64,000 bases of DNA, from positions 89,590,001 to 89,654,000 of the forward strand of contig OZ024747.1 in assembly GCA_964016885.1 (NCBI GenBank), read 5' to 3'. Source of the DNA: Eledone cirrhosa. Its lineage: Eukaryota. Shown here piece by piece: positions 1-12,639 of this stretch. Numbering within the stretch: the first letter of the stretch is position 1; each line of letters opens with the position of its first letter. The notes under the pieces are model-generated. The model was not told the origin of the DNA. It did no database searches and saw only the letters and a list, made by a program, of their open reading frames with translations. The translations under genes and the position numbers were made by a program.

Positions 1-460
1 GGTGGACAAGGTTGAAAGGGCTGAGGTCAGACACCTTTCTCTCCGGCCAACAACTGATTCTTTTTTTTCAAATACCACTTTGGAAGAAGAATCAGGATGG
101 AGAGAGAGGTGCTGTACCCCAGCAAGTTTTATGAAAGGTGGGTGAAAGTGGCGAGAATGGCCCGAGTGAATGGGCCTTCTCTCTATATCAGCCTGTAGGT
201 TGAGGAAAAGGAGGAGGAGAGGAAAGGAGTACAAACTTTTCGTACTCCTGGAGATGAGGGTTGCACATTATTTTTTTCGGGGGTATGTGTTACCCATATG
301 TAATGTCTCCCCCTATTAGGGGGGAGAAAAAAAAACAAAAAAAAAACGGACTAATTTTTAAATGGCATTTGTGATAATATTTTACACGTTTTTATTGTAT
401 GTAAACTTCCCCCTTTGTATTTGTCCCCTTCTTTTGTGCCACTGTGGCTAATAAGGAAAC
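1..460 (+). mobile_element. 3' end of an L1/Tx1-clade LINE (ORF2 C-terminus plus 3' UTR), frameshifted
   Basis: Reads WTRLKGLRSDTFLSGQQLI, frameshift in a T-run, then FKYHFGRRIRMEREVLYPSKFYERWVKVARMARVNGPSLYISL* (TAG 196-198). This resembles the Tx1-type ORF2 C-terminus (W..R ... F..RW). Followed by a T-rich UTR ending near AATAAGGAAAC ~460. Confidence 0.6.
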
Positions 461-1133
461 ATATCTATGTATGTACTGCTAAATAGGAGCTTTCAGTCAA
501 CTACTATACACACCTATTCAATAGAGTAGCAACTATACACAAATGTTAATTGGTTAGTAACTAACTACACAGAGCTGAAGTACCTTCTAGACTTGAATGA
601 ACCAACATGATGCAATTTTAGTTATGTTAGATATAAAGTCACTGACTTCTCCAGAACCTTCAAAAGTGAGATTTATATCTCCATGTTAATTTATAACTAG
701 AACACCATAGGGTAGACAGGGCTTTTCAGTTGAGTTTATGACCAACAACCTCTCTAGTGCTGGTGCTATAACAAAACACATCCACTACACCCTATAATAT
801 GGATAGTAATAGAAAAGGAATATAGCTGTAGAAACTATGCCAGAAAGAGTTGAGAGGACTCTTCAGTATGCTGAGGGTAGAACCTTTAGGGTGTATGACA
901 TGATAAAATGACCCAGTAGACTCTAGAAAGTGGTTGATGATAAGAGGGGCATCCAACTATAGGAAATTGGTCAAACAAAGGATTGCTCTGTAGAGTGTAG
1001 GAACGTATGTAAACGAGATGTGAGCCCTGAGCCATCTAATAGCTCAGTGAAATGGTTCCAATTATGTACTGACTTGTGATGGCCTGTCCAACCCATACTA
1101 AAAGGGAAAATGGCCGTTAAATTGTGCTGCAGC

Positions 1134-1240
1134 TGATGGTGGTGGTAATGACGGTGGTGGTGGTAGTTATGATGGTGGAGGCAGTGGTAATGATGGTGGT
1201 GGCAGTGGTGGTAATGATGGCAGTGGTGGCGGTGGTAAAG
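1134..1240. repeat. Degenerate (GGT/GAT)n trinucleotide repeat
   Basis: Directly visible; it produces the His-rich and Val-rich spurious ORFs 971-1354 and 1124-1345. Confidence 0.9.
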
Positions 1241-3639
1241 ATGAACACAGACCATCTTAATGCGTTTTGCGCAGAAAACTATTGGCATATTATAGACAAG
1301 GAAGTAGCCTATCAACTCAGCTATCTTTATATTATAACACTTTAGGATCAACATAAATTATACCAGCTTTGAACTTAGATGACTTAAACGTTTATCATTG
1401 ACTCAGTACATTAAATGTACTGCTATTCTTCATCATCTTACACACATAAACAAGTTAGTTATGTGAGATAGAATCTTATTTACTTATTCTAAACAATTGA
1501 TTTGCTCTTCTAAGCTTACCATCTAAACTATGGAACCATCCATCACATCATACCACAGCTACTCTGGGATACAATATCTACTCCGACATATTTATTTATT
1601 TAGTTTCAAAGCACTAAATATTTGCTGGAGTAAATATCTGTCATCTTCTGAGTTCAGTTTCTGCTGTAGTCAATTTAATGGGGCTTTATTTTCTTGTGAC
1701 CAATTTAAAATACTTTATGGTACATATTTTATCTCCCAAGGTTAATAACATAAAATACTACATAAATTTTAATGAATATGCTGTTATATTTGGAGAGGGT
1801 CATATTGTCCTTAAACTGCCAAAAATAGTAAAACACACACACACACACACGCACACTGTTTGGTTTGGTTTTTTGCTTCAGTTTCAATATGACCCTCTTC
1901 AAATGTAACAATATCTGTTTCAACACACGGTTTCGTATCAAAAACTTTGCAAAACAAATGAATGTACTTGTTCTCCAAAATTTAACTTTATAATGTTAAC
2001 GTTTTACAGAATGGATAAATTAACAAATTTCAAGTAAATCTTTCTTTTGTTAACATAATAATTTTTTTTTTTTTTCGTTTTGACATTGCCCAATTTTTTT
2101 TGTTCACTCATATAATGGATAATATTTCAATATACTTCCTACTTAAAACAAACAAATGTATCTTTAAAACAGCATTCTTCTAGTTTTCGATTTAATTCTA
2201 ATCATTTGTGTATTAGGATTATGGAAGAAAAATAATCATTTGTTCTCTTCATTTTTATTTTTGGGAACATTTTGTTGAAGAGAATTTAAGTGAAAAGTAT
2301 TCAACTTATAAACCCACAATCATATTGGATATTTTCAACAATAAATTACCAATATATGTGTAGCATTTCTTCAAATATAAAACAAACTATATCATAGCAT
2401 TTGGAAAATAATCCTAAAATATCATGCTAAAACATCATATATTAAAGCAAGTCGAAGAATTTCACTGAAAATATTTGCAAGATAATATCAAATATTGATT
2501 TTTTTCAAAAGCATCTTTATCTTGATAATAGTTTCAGAATACTTGTGTTTTCATTTTTTGATCTTTCTCATAAAATCAATATAAGTTTCTTTTTGAAAAC
2601 TTTGTATGCCTTCAAAATGTCTGAAAGCTTAAACATTAAGTTGCTTGTATCTGGCTTAATCTGGCAAAGATTAAAATACAAAAAATTATATCTAAACATA
2701 TATCATTTTAATTCTAAACACTAAAATTCAATAATTCCTATATTTATAATGAAAACAGCATTGATCATATTTTATATGAAGGTTTTCTTAGGGGAAAAGA
2801 GATATAGTTCACTCAGTAGCCCCATTTATTAGATACATGAAATACAAAATTAAATGATTACTGAATTTTGATAGCTATGTGTATCCACTTTTGTTCTCTT
2901 CATGTTATAATTTAGTTGTTTCAATGTTTACAGTACATACATCAATATCATCATCATCATCATGTACATATATGCACACGATCATTATCAATAATATATT
3001 TGCTTCATACATATATATTATCATTATCAACAATCTATACAGTATTGTTATGACAAGAAACAATCGTTGAGAATCAAATCATTTTATTTAGCTCAGACAT
3101 TGAATTCCAGTTTTCAAGAAACAAATAGAAATGTGTCCACTTTTATTACAAATGGTGGCTACACTCTTTCAACCAGAGTATTCCATAAGGTTCTTGGATC
3201 AAAAGTAACAATATTGATTTTGTAGCATTTACCAGCACTCTAAGAATTGTGTCATAGCAGAAACGTTTTTGATCGTTGCTGAGCAAGGAAGAAATTTAAA
3301 GGGTGGAGCCATGATTTTCTCTCCAATAACTGAATCAAGAATGGATTGCTTCTACTCATGAACTTGTTGATTCTGGTTTTTCAGCATGTCACTGCAACAA
3401 TCACCAATGCAATATTAATCAGTGAACCTAGATCTTGCTAAGGCTGGATTTTTCACCATGTCAAGATTATGGCAATTACCAATGTTGTATGATTTACAAT
3501 ATAATATACATTCACTCCTATGCATAATGGATGCAAACTGTTAAGAGTATTGCTATCGCTTGTCAGATTATAGAGTTTTGTGCACTTTTAGGCTATGGCC
3601 AGCCACACAAAACTAACATATCCTGAACAAGCAATGCCT

Positions 3640-3830
3640 GTGCTCTGAAGGTTTTTTTTAAGTGCGGAAATGCCTTGCACTCGGCTAATCCCACTCTCTG
3701 AGCATCAAAAACACTACCCAAAAAGGAGAACTGGTCATCATTATTGGATGCTTCCGAAGCTGCAGGTTTCTTTTCAGAGTTTCCCTCTCCTAGAAAGGTG
3801 TTTGCTACAACTGGGGGCCTTTCACTCCCA

Positions 3831-3867
<37 letters not shown>

Positions 3868-4060
3868 CTATTTGAATGTCAGGCCGCTCTCGAGGGCTAC
3901 TGATAACATGTAACCCATTACAACCTGTTTCATGGTCGAATCGTTGTCGACTAAACCGGCAACCAGACCAAGCTAGCTTGGTGAGGTGGGCGATATTTGG
4001 AGACCCTGCAGGATGAAATACAAGACCCGGCAAAGAGTGGAGGAACTCAGCACACTCCTA
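3640..4060 (-). mobile_element. Probable RTE-type LINE 5' UTR remnant
   Basis: GC-richer block. The minus strand contains CTAGGAGAGGGAAACTCTGAA, similar to a motif recurrent in RTE 5' UTRs. Interrupted by an A-run at 3835-3864. Confidence 0.35.
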
Positions 4061-4289
4061 TGCATGCATACATACATACATACATACAGAAAGACAGACA
4101 TTTTTTATGTACTAAAGGTCATCTTATAACAAGGCTTTAAAATGGGTCGTAGTAAAGGAAGTCTGGGTTTGGGGTACTAAAGAATGAAGTTCATCAGTGC
4201 ATTTTCCATGGAAATAATTTATTTTATATTTGAAGAAATGCTACAAATTTATTGGTAATTTATTGTTGAAAATATCCAATATGATTGTA

Positions 4290-4640
4290 GGTTTACGATA
4301 TCATGTCTGTAAGAAAGTGGCTTGAGAGATGAGAAGAGTTCATCTTCAAGGTCACACTGAACTCTGTCTAGACAGGATAGGGAGTTATGAGCAGCCCCCA
4401 CTTCCCACGATGTGGCAACAGTACACCACGTTTGGTCTAATCTGACTTGTAAAGATACAAAATTGCAGAATGAGTTACGTAGATATTTACTTGAATGATA
4501 GAAGAACCCCATCATTTTTTTCCAGAAATTTTGACAACTGATCAAATAAAAGAGTTCCAACGGAGATTTAGAGGGAAATTTAGGCCCAAGAGTAATTCAA
4601 AACGAAGCTTCTTTCAACAAGGTACCATTAATTTAAACAG
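4290..4640 (-). mobile_element. Degenerate Jockey/CR1-group LINE RT C-terminal fragment
   Basis: ORF 4249-4560 contains QVRLDQTWCTVATSWEVGAAHNSLSCLDRVQ..DELFSSLKPLSYRHDIV, a frameshifted match to the RP.MEYC.H.W.GA...L..LDRVQ...L.PL.HRR.V motif of these LINEs. Confidence 0.7.
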
Positions 4641-5302
4641 GGGAAAAGTTGGCAACATTTAAGTGGTGCTGGAAAGAGAAAAGCTTATTTTATCAGAAGT
4701 TAAAAGTAACCAGCCACTCATTTCTTCATACATACTTACATGCATGAGTACGTACATACATACATGCACACATATATACAGGAGTACATACATACATACA
4801 TACATATATACATATATACACGAGTACATAAATAGATATATACACAAGTACATACATATACACATGATCCTTATCAATAATATGTACAGCATATAGATCC
4901 ACATTATCAACGTTATCATCATATACAGTGCACACTTCTCCATAGCATCTTTCCATACTTCTATCAACAATACCATGATAAATATTTCTCAATCATATTT
5001 CTTCTTATTTATCTTCCACCGTCATCAGGACCACTTTAAGTTTTAGGTATTGCTTTTTCCAGAATCTTTCTGTAAACATATCATGTACTACATTCAACTC
5101 TTATCAGACCTTTACACTATTATATCGTATATAAAAACAAAAATCATGATATAATACATGCTATACATGAGATGTTATAAATAGTCAAGTAGTGGAAGCT
5201 GTACAAACACTTATGCTTATTTACTTATGGTATATATATGATATATTATATAAGTTGAGATTTATGTTTTATACTTACATACCTACATATTTATACACAC
5301 AC

Positions 5303-5339
<37 letters not shown>

Positions 5340-5896
5340 GAAATTGGACATTAAACGATGATGATGACACAGATACACTATGTTGTCATTTTAGATATAC
5401 ATGTTTCTTTGGCCGCCCTTTTTCTGTTTATAAATCAGGCCCTAAATAATTAATCTTCAAGTTTATATACATATATATTGTTTCCAAAGGAGACGATCTG
5501 ATTGAACCTGTATATGGGGTCTGATAGTTATATAACTGCTATAGATCAGACAATGTGATCGACCCTCCGAAACGATTGTAAAACAATGATATGAATAGGT
5601 AAAGTAACTTGACTGCTTTTATTTTCATTGTTTATTTAATACTTTGTATATATAAATAGTAAAATAGAGGATGGTATGCTGATGCAGAGATGCTATAAGA
5701 GTTTATGAAATTGGGTGAAGACTCTTAAAGATACACTTTACACCATTAAAGTGTGTGTGTGTGTGTGTGTGTAAATACAGAAATACAGTAAAGTATGTAT
5801 ATTTGGTATGTTTACATATTAAAAACTTGTAAATTGTTATACACAATTATGCAGACTCAGTTACCTCAATTCTCTATTCACACACACTATATATAT

Positions 5897-8800
5897 TCAT
5901 CATCATCATCATTTAACGTCCATATTCCACGCTTGCATGGGTCTGGACGGGAGTTTTCCCACTTGAGGCAAGAGTGGTTGTCTTGCTCGCATAGGACTGT
6001 CTGGCGGGTTTTCTACGGCTGGATGCCCTTCCTAACACCAACCACATTTACAGTGTGAAACTGGGAGGTTTTTACCGTGTTACCTACACGGCCACATTAC
6101 AGCGTGGACTGTGTTTTTTTGTCGTGACACCTACACGACCTCATTTGTTTCGGGCTGGATGTTGTGGTACCAACAGAACTTTACATTGAAAGGGGTGGTG
6201 TGGATGTGGTGGGGGTAGTGGGACGGGGGTGTATTTTGTTAGAGGTGCCTACTGACTGTAGGAGGTTTCACTTTGTACTTAGGTAAGGCGCGTCTTCTCT
6301 ATTACTGTGTAGCGCCAAAGCTCTCGGTCCAGTGACATTGTCTTGGAGAGGTGTAAGTGTGTGAAGTCGGAATTTATCAAGTCGTCCCAGGTTTTTCTGG
6401 GTCTGCCTACTCCGTGGTTACCGTCTATTTTTATTGCCCTGCACTTTTTTGTACAGCTGTCGTCTTTCATGCGCATCACGTGACCATACCAACATAGTCT
6501 TGTCTCGAGTAAACAACATCTGATCCCTCTTATTTTTAATTTCTCTCTTAGTACGTTTATGCTTTGCCGTTCACGTATATTACTATTACACATCCAGCGG
6601 AGCATGCAAGCTTAATTTCTCTCCAGTCTGCGTATATCCTCTGCACACAATGCCCAGGTCTAACTGCCATGTAACATTGCTGTTCGTATGCAGGCATCAT
6701 ACAGCCTGCCTTTCATTTTTAGAGAGAACCCTTTAGCAGCCAATAGTGGTATAAGCTCTCTGAACTTTTTCCATCCCATTCTGACTAGCTACTGTACTTT
6801 CAGAGCACCCTCCCCCACTGCTGATTTTATCACCCAGGTAACGGAAGCTGTCCACTATTTCTATAGAATCATCTGTGCAATGGAATGAGTTAGTATTCTG
6901 TGGGCACTTGCTACTACTTATTGCCCCAGAGCACCAGCCACATGTAAAATCTATATTCTTAGTTAGCTTACCTGTGATCCCACTACATCTTTTATGTACC
7001 CATACTTTGCATTTGGGACATAAAATGGAGTTTCTACCTACTCCTTTCCTACACACTGAGCATGGCCATTTCCCAGATGGGACCAGTGCCCTATTTTCCT
7101 TCCTACAAACTAGAACTTTAGTCTTAGACAAGTTAACTTTAAGGCCTTTTGATTCTAGGCCATGCTTCCATGTTTGGAATTTCTTCTCTAGTTCAGCCAT
7201 TGATTCAGCTATGAGCGTTAGATCATCTGCATATAGGAGTTCCCATGGGCAGCCGGTCGTGAACTCCTGTTATAGCCTGAAGGGCAATAATAAATAGTAG
7301 GGGGCTAAGGACGGAGCCCTGATGAACAACTTTTACGCTAAACTCTTCACTATATTCGTTGTTAATTCTAACCTTGCTGACTGTTTCTTTATACATGGCT
7401 TGTATAGCTCTCACAAGCCATTCATCAACACCTAGTTTTCTAAGGGCCCACCAGATAATCGAGCGGGGTACTCTGTCAAAGGCTTTCTCCAAGTCAACAA
7501 AAGCTAAGTATAGGGGTTTACTTTTAGCTAGGTACTTCTCCTGTAGTTGTCGTACAATGAAAAGAGCGTCTGTGGTACTTTTACCTGACACAAACCCGAA
7601 CTGCATTTCGTCTAGATCAATTCGCTCTGATTAGTTGCGCTATTACTTTTTCTGTGACCTTCATGACCTGGTCAATTAATTTAATGCCTCTATAGTTTCC
7701 CCTATCTAGGGCATCACCTTTACCCTTGTAGCAGTTAATGATGATGCTGCTACGCCAGTCCTTCGGAACGACCCCATACTGTACGACTTGGTTTACTATC
7801 CGGGTGACCATAGTGTTTCCCACCGTTCCAGATGCTTTCAGCATTTCGGTAACTATTTCCGAAGGCCCAGCCGCCTTGCCCGTCTTCATGTCTTTGATCG
7901 CCTTACTTATTATACTACCTTCGACTAACACTGCTGGTCCCTCTATTGGGTCAATATGGGGGAGACCGTCTTTCTCCCATTTATTCTCCTCATTTAGTAG
8001 CCTTTCGTAGTGACACTTCCAAGCTACCTTCTTATCAGCGTCAGTGATGGCAAGTACACCATCATCATTAAGTACACACTTCTCCCCGACAATATCACGG
8101 TTTTCCTTGACACATTGCCTAGCAATCCTGAACACCTCACATTTTTGGTCCTCGCGTTGTAGAACATGCTTGAACTTTCTTTCCTCTGCTTCCCTTCTTA
8201 CGAAGTACACTCGTCTCCTAGCTTCCTTCTTTGCCACATGATAGTCTTCTCTACTTCCCCCATCCCGCCATGCTTTCCAAGCCTGCTTTTTGGCCTTGAT
8301 TGACCTCTCCACCTTACTGTTCCACCACCAAGTTACTCTCCTCCTGCCTATAGGCCTGCTCCAGCCACAGGTTTCATCTGTCGCCTTCAGCAGGTTAGCT
8401 TTCAGGAATTCCCACTGTTCCTCTATATTGTACGACTAATTGCTCTTCCTTACTGTCGAAAGCATCAAGTAATATGCTTTTAAATGCTGTGGCATCTTTT
8501 AATTTCCATATTTTTCTCCTGAGGATAGTCCTCTTCTGTTGTCGAATACGTCTCGTCCTGACTATGAGGTCGCTAATTATGAGTCTATGTTGAGACGTGC
8601 ATTCTTCATGGGGGAGGGATTTAGTGTTTACAACAGACATTGTCACGTCTCCTGGTAAGGATATAATCTACCTGGCTTGTGTGTTCCCCCGATCTATAGG
8701 TGATCAAGTGATTGTCTCGTTTTTTTAAGTTAATGTTACAGATAGTTAGGTTATTTGCGTCACAGAATTCCAGGATTCTGGAGCCTTCCTCATTTCTAGT

Positions 8801-8966
8801 ACCAAACCCATAGCCTCCATGGATTCCGTCATAGCCGTCACAATGTTGTCCAACGTGACCATTTAGGTCACCTGCAATAATTATATAGTCACTGTCGGTT
8901 ATTTGGGAGGTAGCGAGCATCAGTGTCTCATAGAATCTGTCTTTTATAGTGCCGCGCAGTCCGGCA
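5897..8966 (-). mobile_element. RTE-clade non-LTR retrotransposon, 5'-truncated, with frameshifts and stops
   Basis: Collinear minus-strand ORFs. APE endonuclease: GDLNGHVG, GYGFGTRNEEGSRILEF, SQVDYIL, SQHRLI. RT: GKAAGP, YKGKGDALDRGNYRGIKL, QFGF, AFVDLEKAFDRV, HQGSVLSPLLF, LLYADDL at ~7219-7239, GLKVNLSKTK, DSFRYLG. C-terminus: LCWYGHVMRM, GRPRKTW. Then 3' UTR and (GAT)n tail at 5897-5912. Confidence 0.97.
6279..8966 (-). pseudogene. Disrupted endonuclease/reverse-transcriptase ORF of the RTE element, with PHD-like C4HC3 finger at ~6931-7071
   Basis: Six ORF pieces (8621-8989, 8395-8646, 7617-8312, 7223-7606, 6733-7200, 6279-6605) join into one RTE protein. The finger is CSVC..CPKC...HKRC...CGWC. 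Confidence 0.93.
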
Positions 8967-9559
8967 TTGTACAGAACAAATGTGCGCAAGTTGAATTTGG
9001 CATTGTGAAGATGTGTTCCAGCTTATTTTAAACATAATTTTAGAAAGTTTTTAAAGTATACAGATACTGTGTCATTAGTTTTATGTGTCTGAGCTTGTAT
9101 AGAAGCACTTTAATGGGTTATTGAATGACAGTGCAGCATTTGAATTTATTACTATTATTGTTGATACTGCTACCACCACCACTACTATTACCACTAGAAA
9201 TGATAAAAAAAACAAAAAACATTTTAACAAACCATACAAGGCATAAATTGTTACAGTCTAAAAATAACTTTGCTAGGTATAGTCTGCACCCTTCATAAAC
9301 CGGGGGGGGGGGGGGGGGGATAGATAAATTTTATGAAATAGTTCAATGTTTTTTTCTAATGTAGCAGATTATGCTTGAAAACGCCTTGAGTGAATATATA
9401 TATATATATATATATAACATATATATATATGTTATGAAATACTGTTAGCTTGCTAAAACAATTTCTATACCTTTCATTTATATATATATATGCACATATT
9501 TCAGACTAAACCAAGGAAAACCTGTTCCATTGGTCTTTCCATTGATGCTAACTGCTAGT

Positions 9560-9670
9560 TATAACACCTGGCAGGAGAGGCCATGTGAAATAAAAGTATT
9601 TTGCTCAAGAATATACACTGTACTTCCCAGTCCATGATTGTGGAGTCCAGCATCATAACCACTAAGCCAT
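9560..9670 (-). mobile_element. CORE-type tRNA-derived SINE fragment
   Basis: Minus strand TGGCTTAGTGGTTATGATGCTGGACTCCACAATC...TTCTTGAGCAAAATACTTTTATTTCAC; same family as 39058-39322. Confidence 0.7.
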
Positions 9671-9785
9671 GTATCTTCAAGCACACACAGACATGTGTAC
9701 ATGTGTGTGTGTGTGTGTGCATTCAACCTGAGAAAGCATAAAACAAACAAAATGTTTGTATATGTATATATATATATATATATCT

Positions 9786-9910
9786 CATCATCATCATCAT
9801 CATCGTTTAACGTCTATCTTCCATGCTAGCATGGGTTAGACGTGAGTTGTTCCAATTTGAGGCAAGGTTGGTCAGGTGGCCGTGTCGCGCTGTATAGGAC
9901 TATCTGGAAT
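9786..9910 (-). mobile_element. RTE-related 3' tail fragment (SINE or truncated LINE)
   Basis: (TCA)n-TCGTTTAACGTC..TTCCATGCTAGCATGGGTT, matching the 3' end of the RTE at 5897-5945. Confidence 0.8.
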
Positions 9911-11084
9911 GTAAAAGGTAAACAGAAATAACAATTAGTACTGTATATGGAAGGGATATAATAGGTTAACGCTTGATATAGCAGGAAGAGGGTCTTAACG
10001 TTTCGGACGTTAGTCCATCAGAAGAAAGAATGAGAAATAAGATAGATTGAGGGGACGGGCGGGTTGGAATTGGAAAAAAAATGTCTTTAGATAAAAATAA
10101 CAGGTCCATTCATGTTGACGAGAGAAAGTGAGAGTTGGCATATTGAGGAAGAATATATTCATTCACAAGCTCCGGAGGTTTCTGCTCATGACTTTACATG
10201 CACGAGTGACTTCAGGACATATGAATTCATGAGCAGAAACTGCAGGAGCTCGCTGTTAAAATATTTTTCCTAAATGTATTTGTATATATATTCTTTTATC
10301 TATTTAAGTCACAAGACTAACCCTGCTGGGACACCACCTTGACCTACAATTTATCTTTTCACATCTGGTAGTAGATTGTGAGTTCAAATTCTATTGAGGC
10401 CAACTTTGCTTTTTATCCTTTTGAGGTCTATAAGATACCTGTCCAGTACTGGGAGTCAATTCTATCTCTTTGGCTTTCTCTGGAAGAAAGCAGCTGTATT
10501 CCAAAATAGAGAGGGATAGGCTCCACCAGATTTTAAATGCCCCTGATATGCTGTGTATCATGATGGCACCCCTACCATTCCATCAAGGATTAAAGGCCCC
10601 TTACTTTTACTAAGGTCTGGGATATAAACAAACCATGAACTTAAACACAGGAATGGACATGAAAAATACATCTACATATACACATAATAGGCTTCCACAC
10701 AGTTTCCTTTTACCAAATTTCACTTACAAGAAATTGGTTTACTCTAAGCTATAATAGAAGACATGCCTGAAGTTACATGCAGTGTTTATCACTTTCTCTC
10801 CTTGGTCCACTTATAGTCAACACCACCAAGAAGGAGAGAAATAGAGAAAGTGATAAACATGTGAATTCTATATATATATCTATGTAAACCATGTTATTTT
10901 ATACCATATTCTTAATATACAACTTAACTCCATTATAAATATTATACACTTCTGTAGCATGAAGAAGCCCAAGTGGCTGAAACAGGTACAATAAATTTCT
11001 TTTTTGTAAATAAATGTTTTGCTGTTATTCTATAAGAATATCCCTTTAGCATTTGTTTTTTTCTTTTTTACTAATATATGTAAA

Positions 11085-11223
11085 TGTGGTTGGTGTTAGA
11101 GATGCTTTCATGCGAGCGAGGCATGGTCTCCAGACCATTCCCGCACCAAATTGAACAAAACCGTCTAACCCATGCTAGCATGGAAGATGGATGTTAAACG
11201 ATGATGATGATGATGATGATGAT
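11085..11223 (+). mobile_element. RTE-related 3' tail fragment
   Basis: CCGTCTAACCCATGCTAGCATGGAAGATGGATGTTAAACGATGATGATG tail. Confidence 0.8.
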
Positions 11224-12639
11224 ATAAAGTTACAACAACGGCACAGGCAGATATTTAAGTTTTTGGGGGTTTTTGTGCTAACTCATTCAGTCTGCCATAT
11301 TGTGATGGAATACATCATTACTGTTTAATAACTATTTTCTATGTTTGCGCACATGATCCATTTTTGGCTTGGTATGTCTGGATGCCTTTCCTAATCCCAA
11401 ACATTTTACTGAGTGTACTGAGAACATTTTATCATGATTTTAGCAGTAACCCCTTTCAAAGAGGACCGAGTACTTTTGTCATGGCACCAGCACTACCACC
11501 TTACACACACACATATTTTACATATACACATACACGTGTGTATATGTAATATGAGTTAATACATTGAATACAGCCAAATGTCCTACACAATTTGAACAGG
11601 ATCTTTCACAAACTATTCCATATATGTATCTTAGAAGTACTGTGTTATAGCTAATGTAAACTGGAGATTGTTCCAGATATTTTTAGTCACATGTTGCTGA
11701 ATGTCACCTCTTTCCTACAATAGTGATGTCTATCTTTTGTAAGGTTATCTTTGCAGTAATATGAACTTAGAATGGTTAGCTAACAAAACAGTTATACATT
11801 GTTTTTAAGTGGTTACAACAGAGAACGCCATCTTACATCATAGCCAATGTAAATTAGATATACATATGTGTGTGCCAGAAACACGATGTAACACTAGTGA
11901 TAAGGTATGACCTCACTAACCTTACAAGATCAGTAACAGTTTTCAGAAGATTGACTAAGCATTCTAATAAATGCAGCTAGAAAACAATAATTATGTATGG
12001 AAACTTTGTTAGAAACTAATTCAAAATGACAAGCTTAAAAGAATATGCAATCAAATGAAAATAAAAAAACATTTCTAAATATAATGGAAACTAATAATTA
12101 AGGACAACTGCATATAATTGTGTTATAGGCAATAATTACAAACATATGTATTACATTATGTATTGAGCAAATATAGTTAGCAAATAAATTGCATTAATGA
12201 CCATCAGTCAACTGATCGGAAAGAATTTTCTAGATTTACTTTATACTCTCTTAGTGATACTATAATATACTACAGTGTCTTTGTCCTCGATTCTAACATT
12301 TTACCACACTTCTAAAGTATGAACATAGAGTATATATATCTACATGAATACATCATTGGCTAATGTCATAACAGTTAATTAAGTAGCAGCTATCTCTTCC
12401 AATTATCCCTTCATTAATATGATTCTTTCTCTTCTAAAATAGAGAAATATCATTTTCAGTCTTGGAAAGGAAATTATCCTTATTACTACCATTCATGCAC
12501 TGGGGGGGGGGGGGGGGTCGATATAATGACCTTTCCTCTCCCCACAAATTGTTGGCTTTGTGTCCTAAATCAAAACCCAGTATTGGTATAGCGTTTTAGT
12601 AAGTCAGAAAGAGAATAGATTTCTGCTATCATCTGAAAA

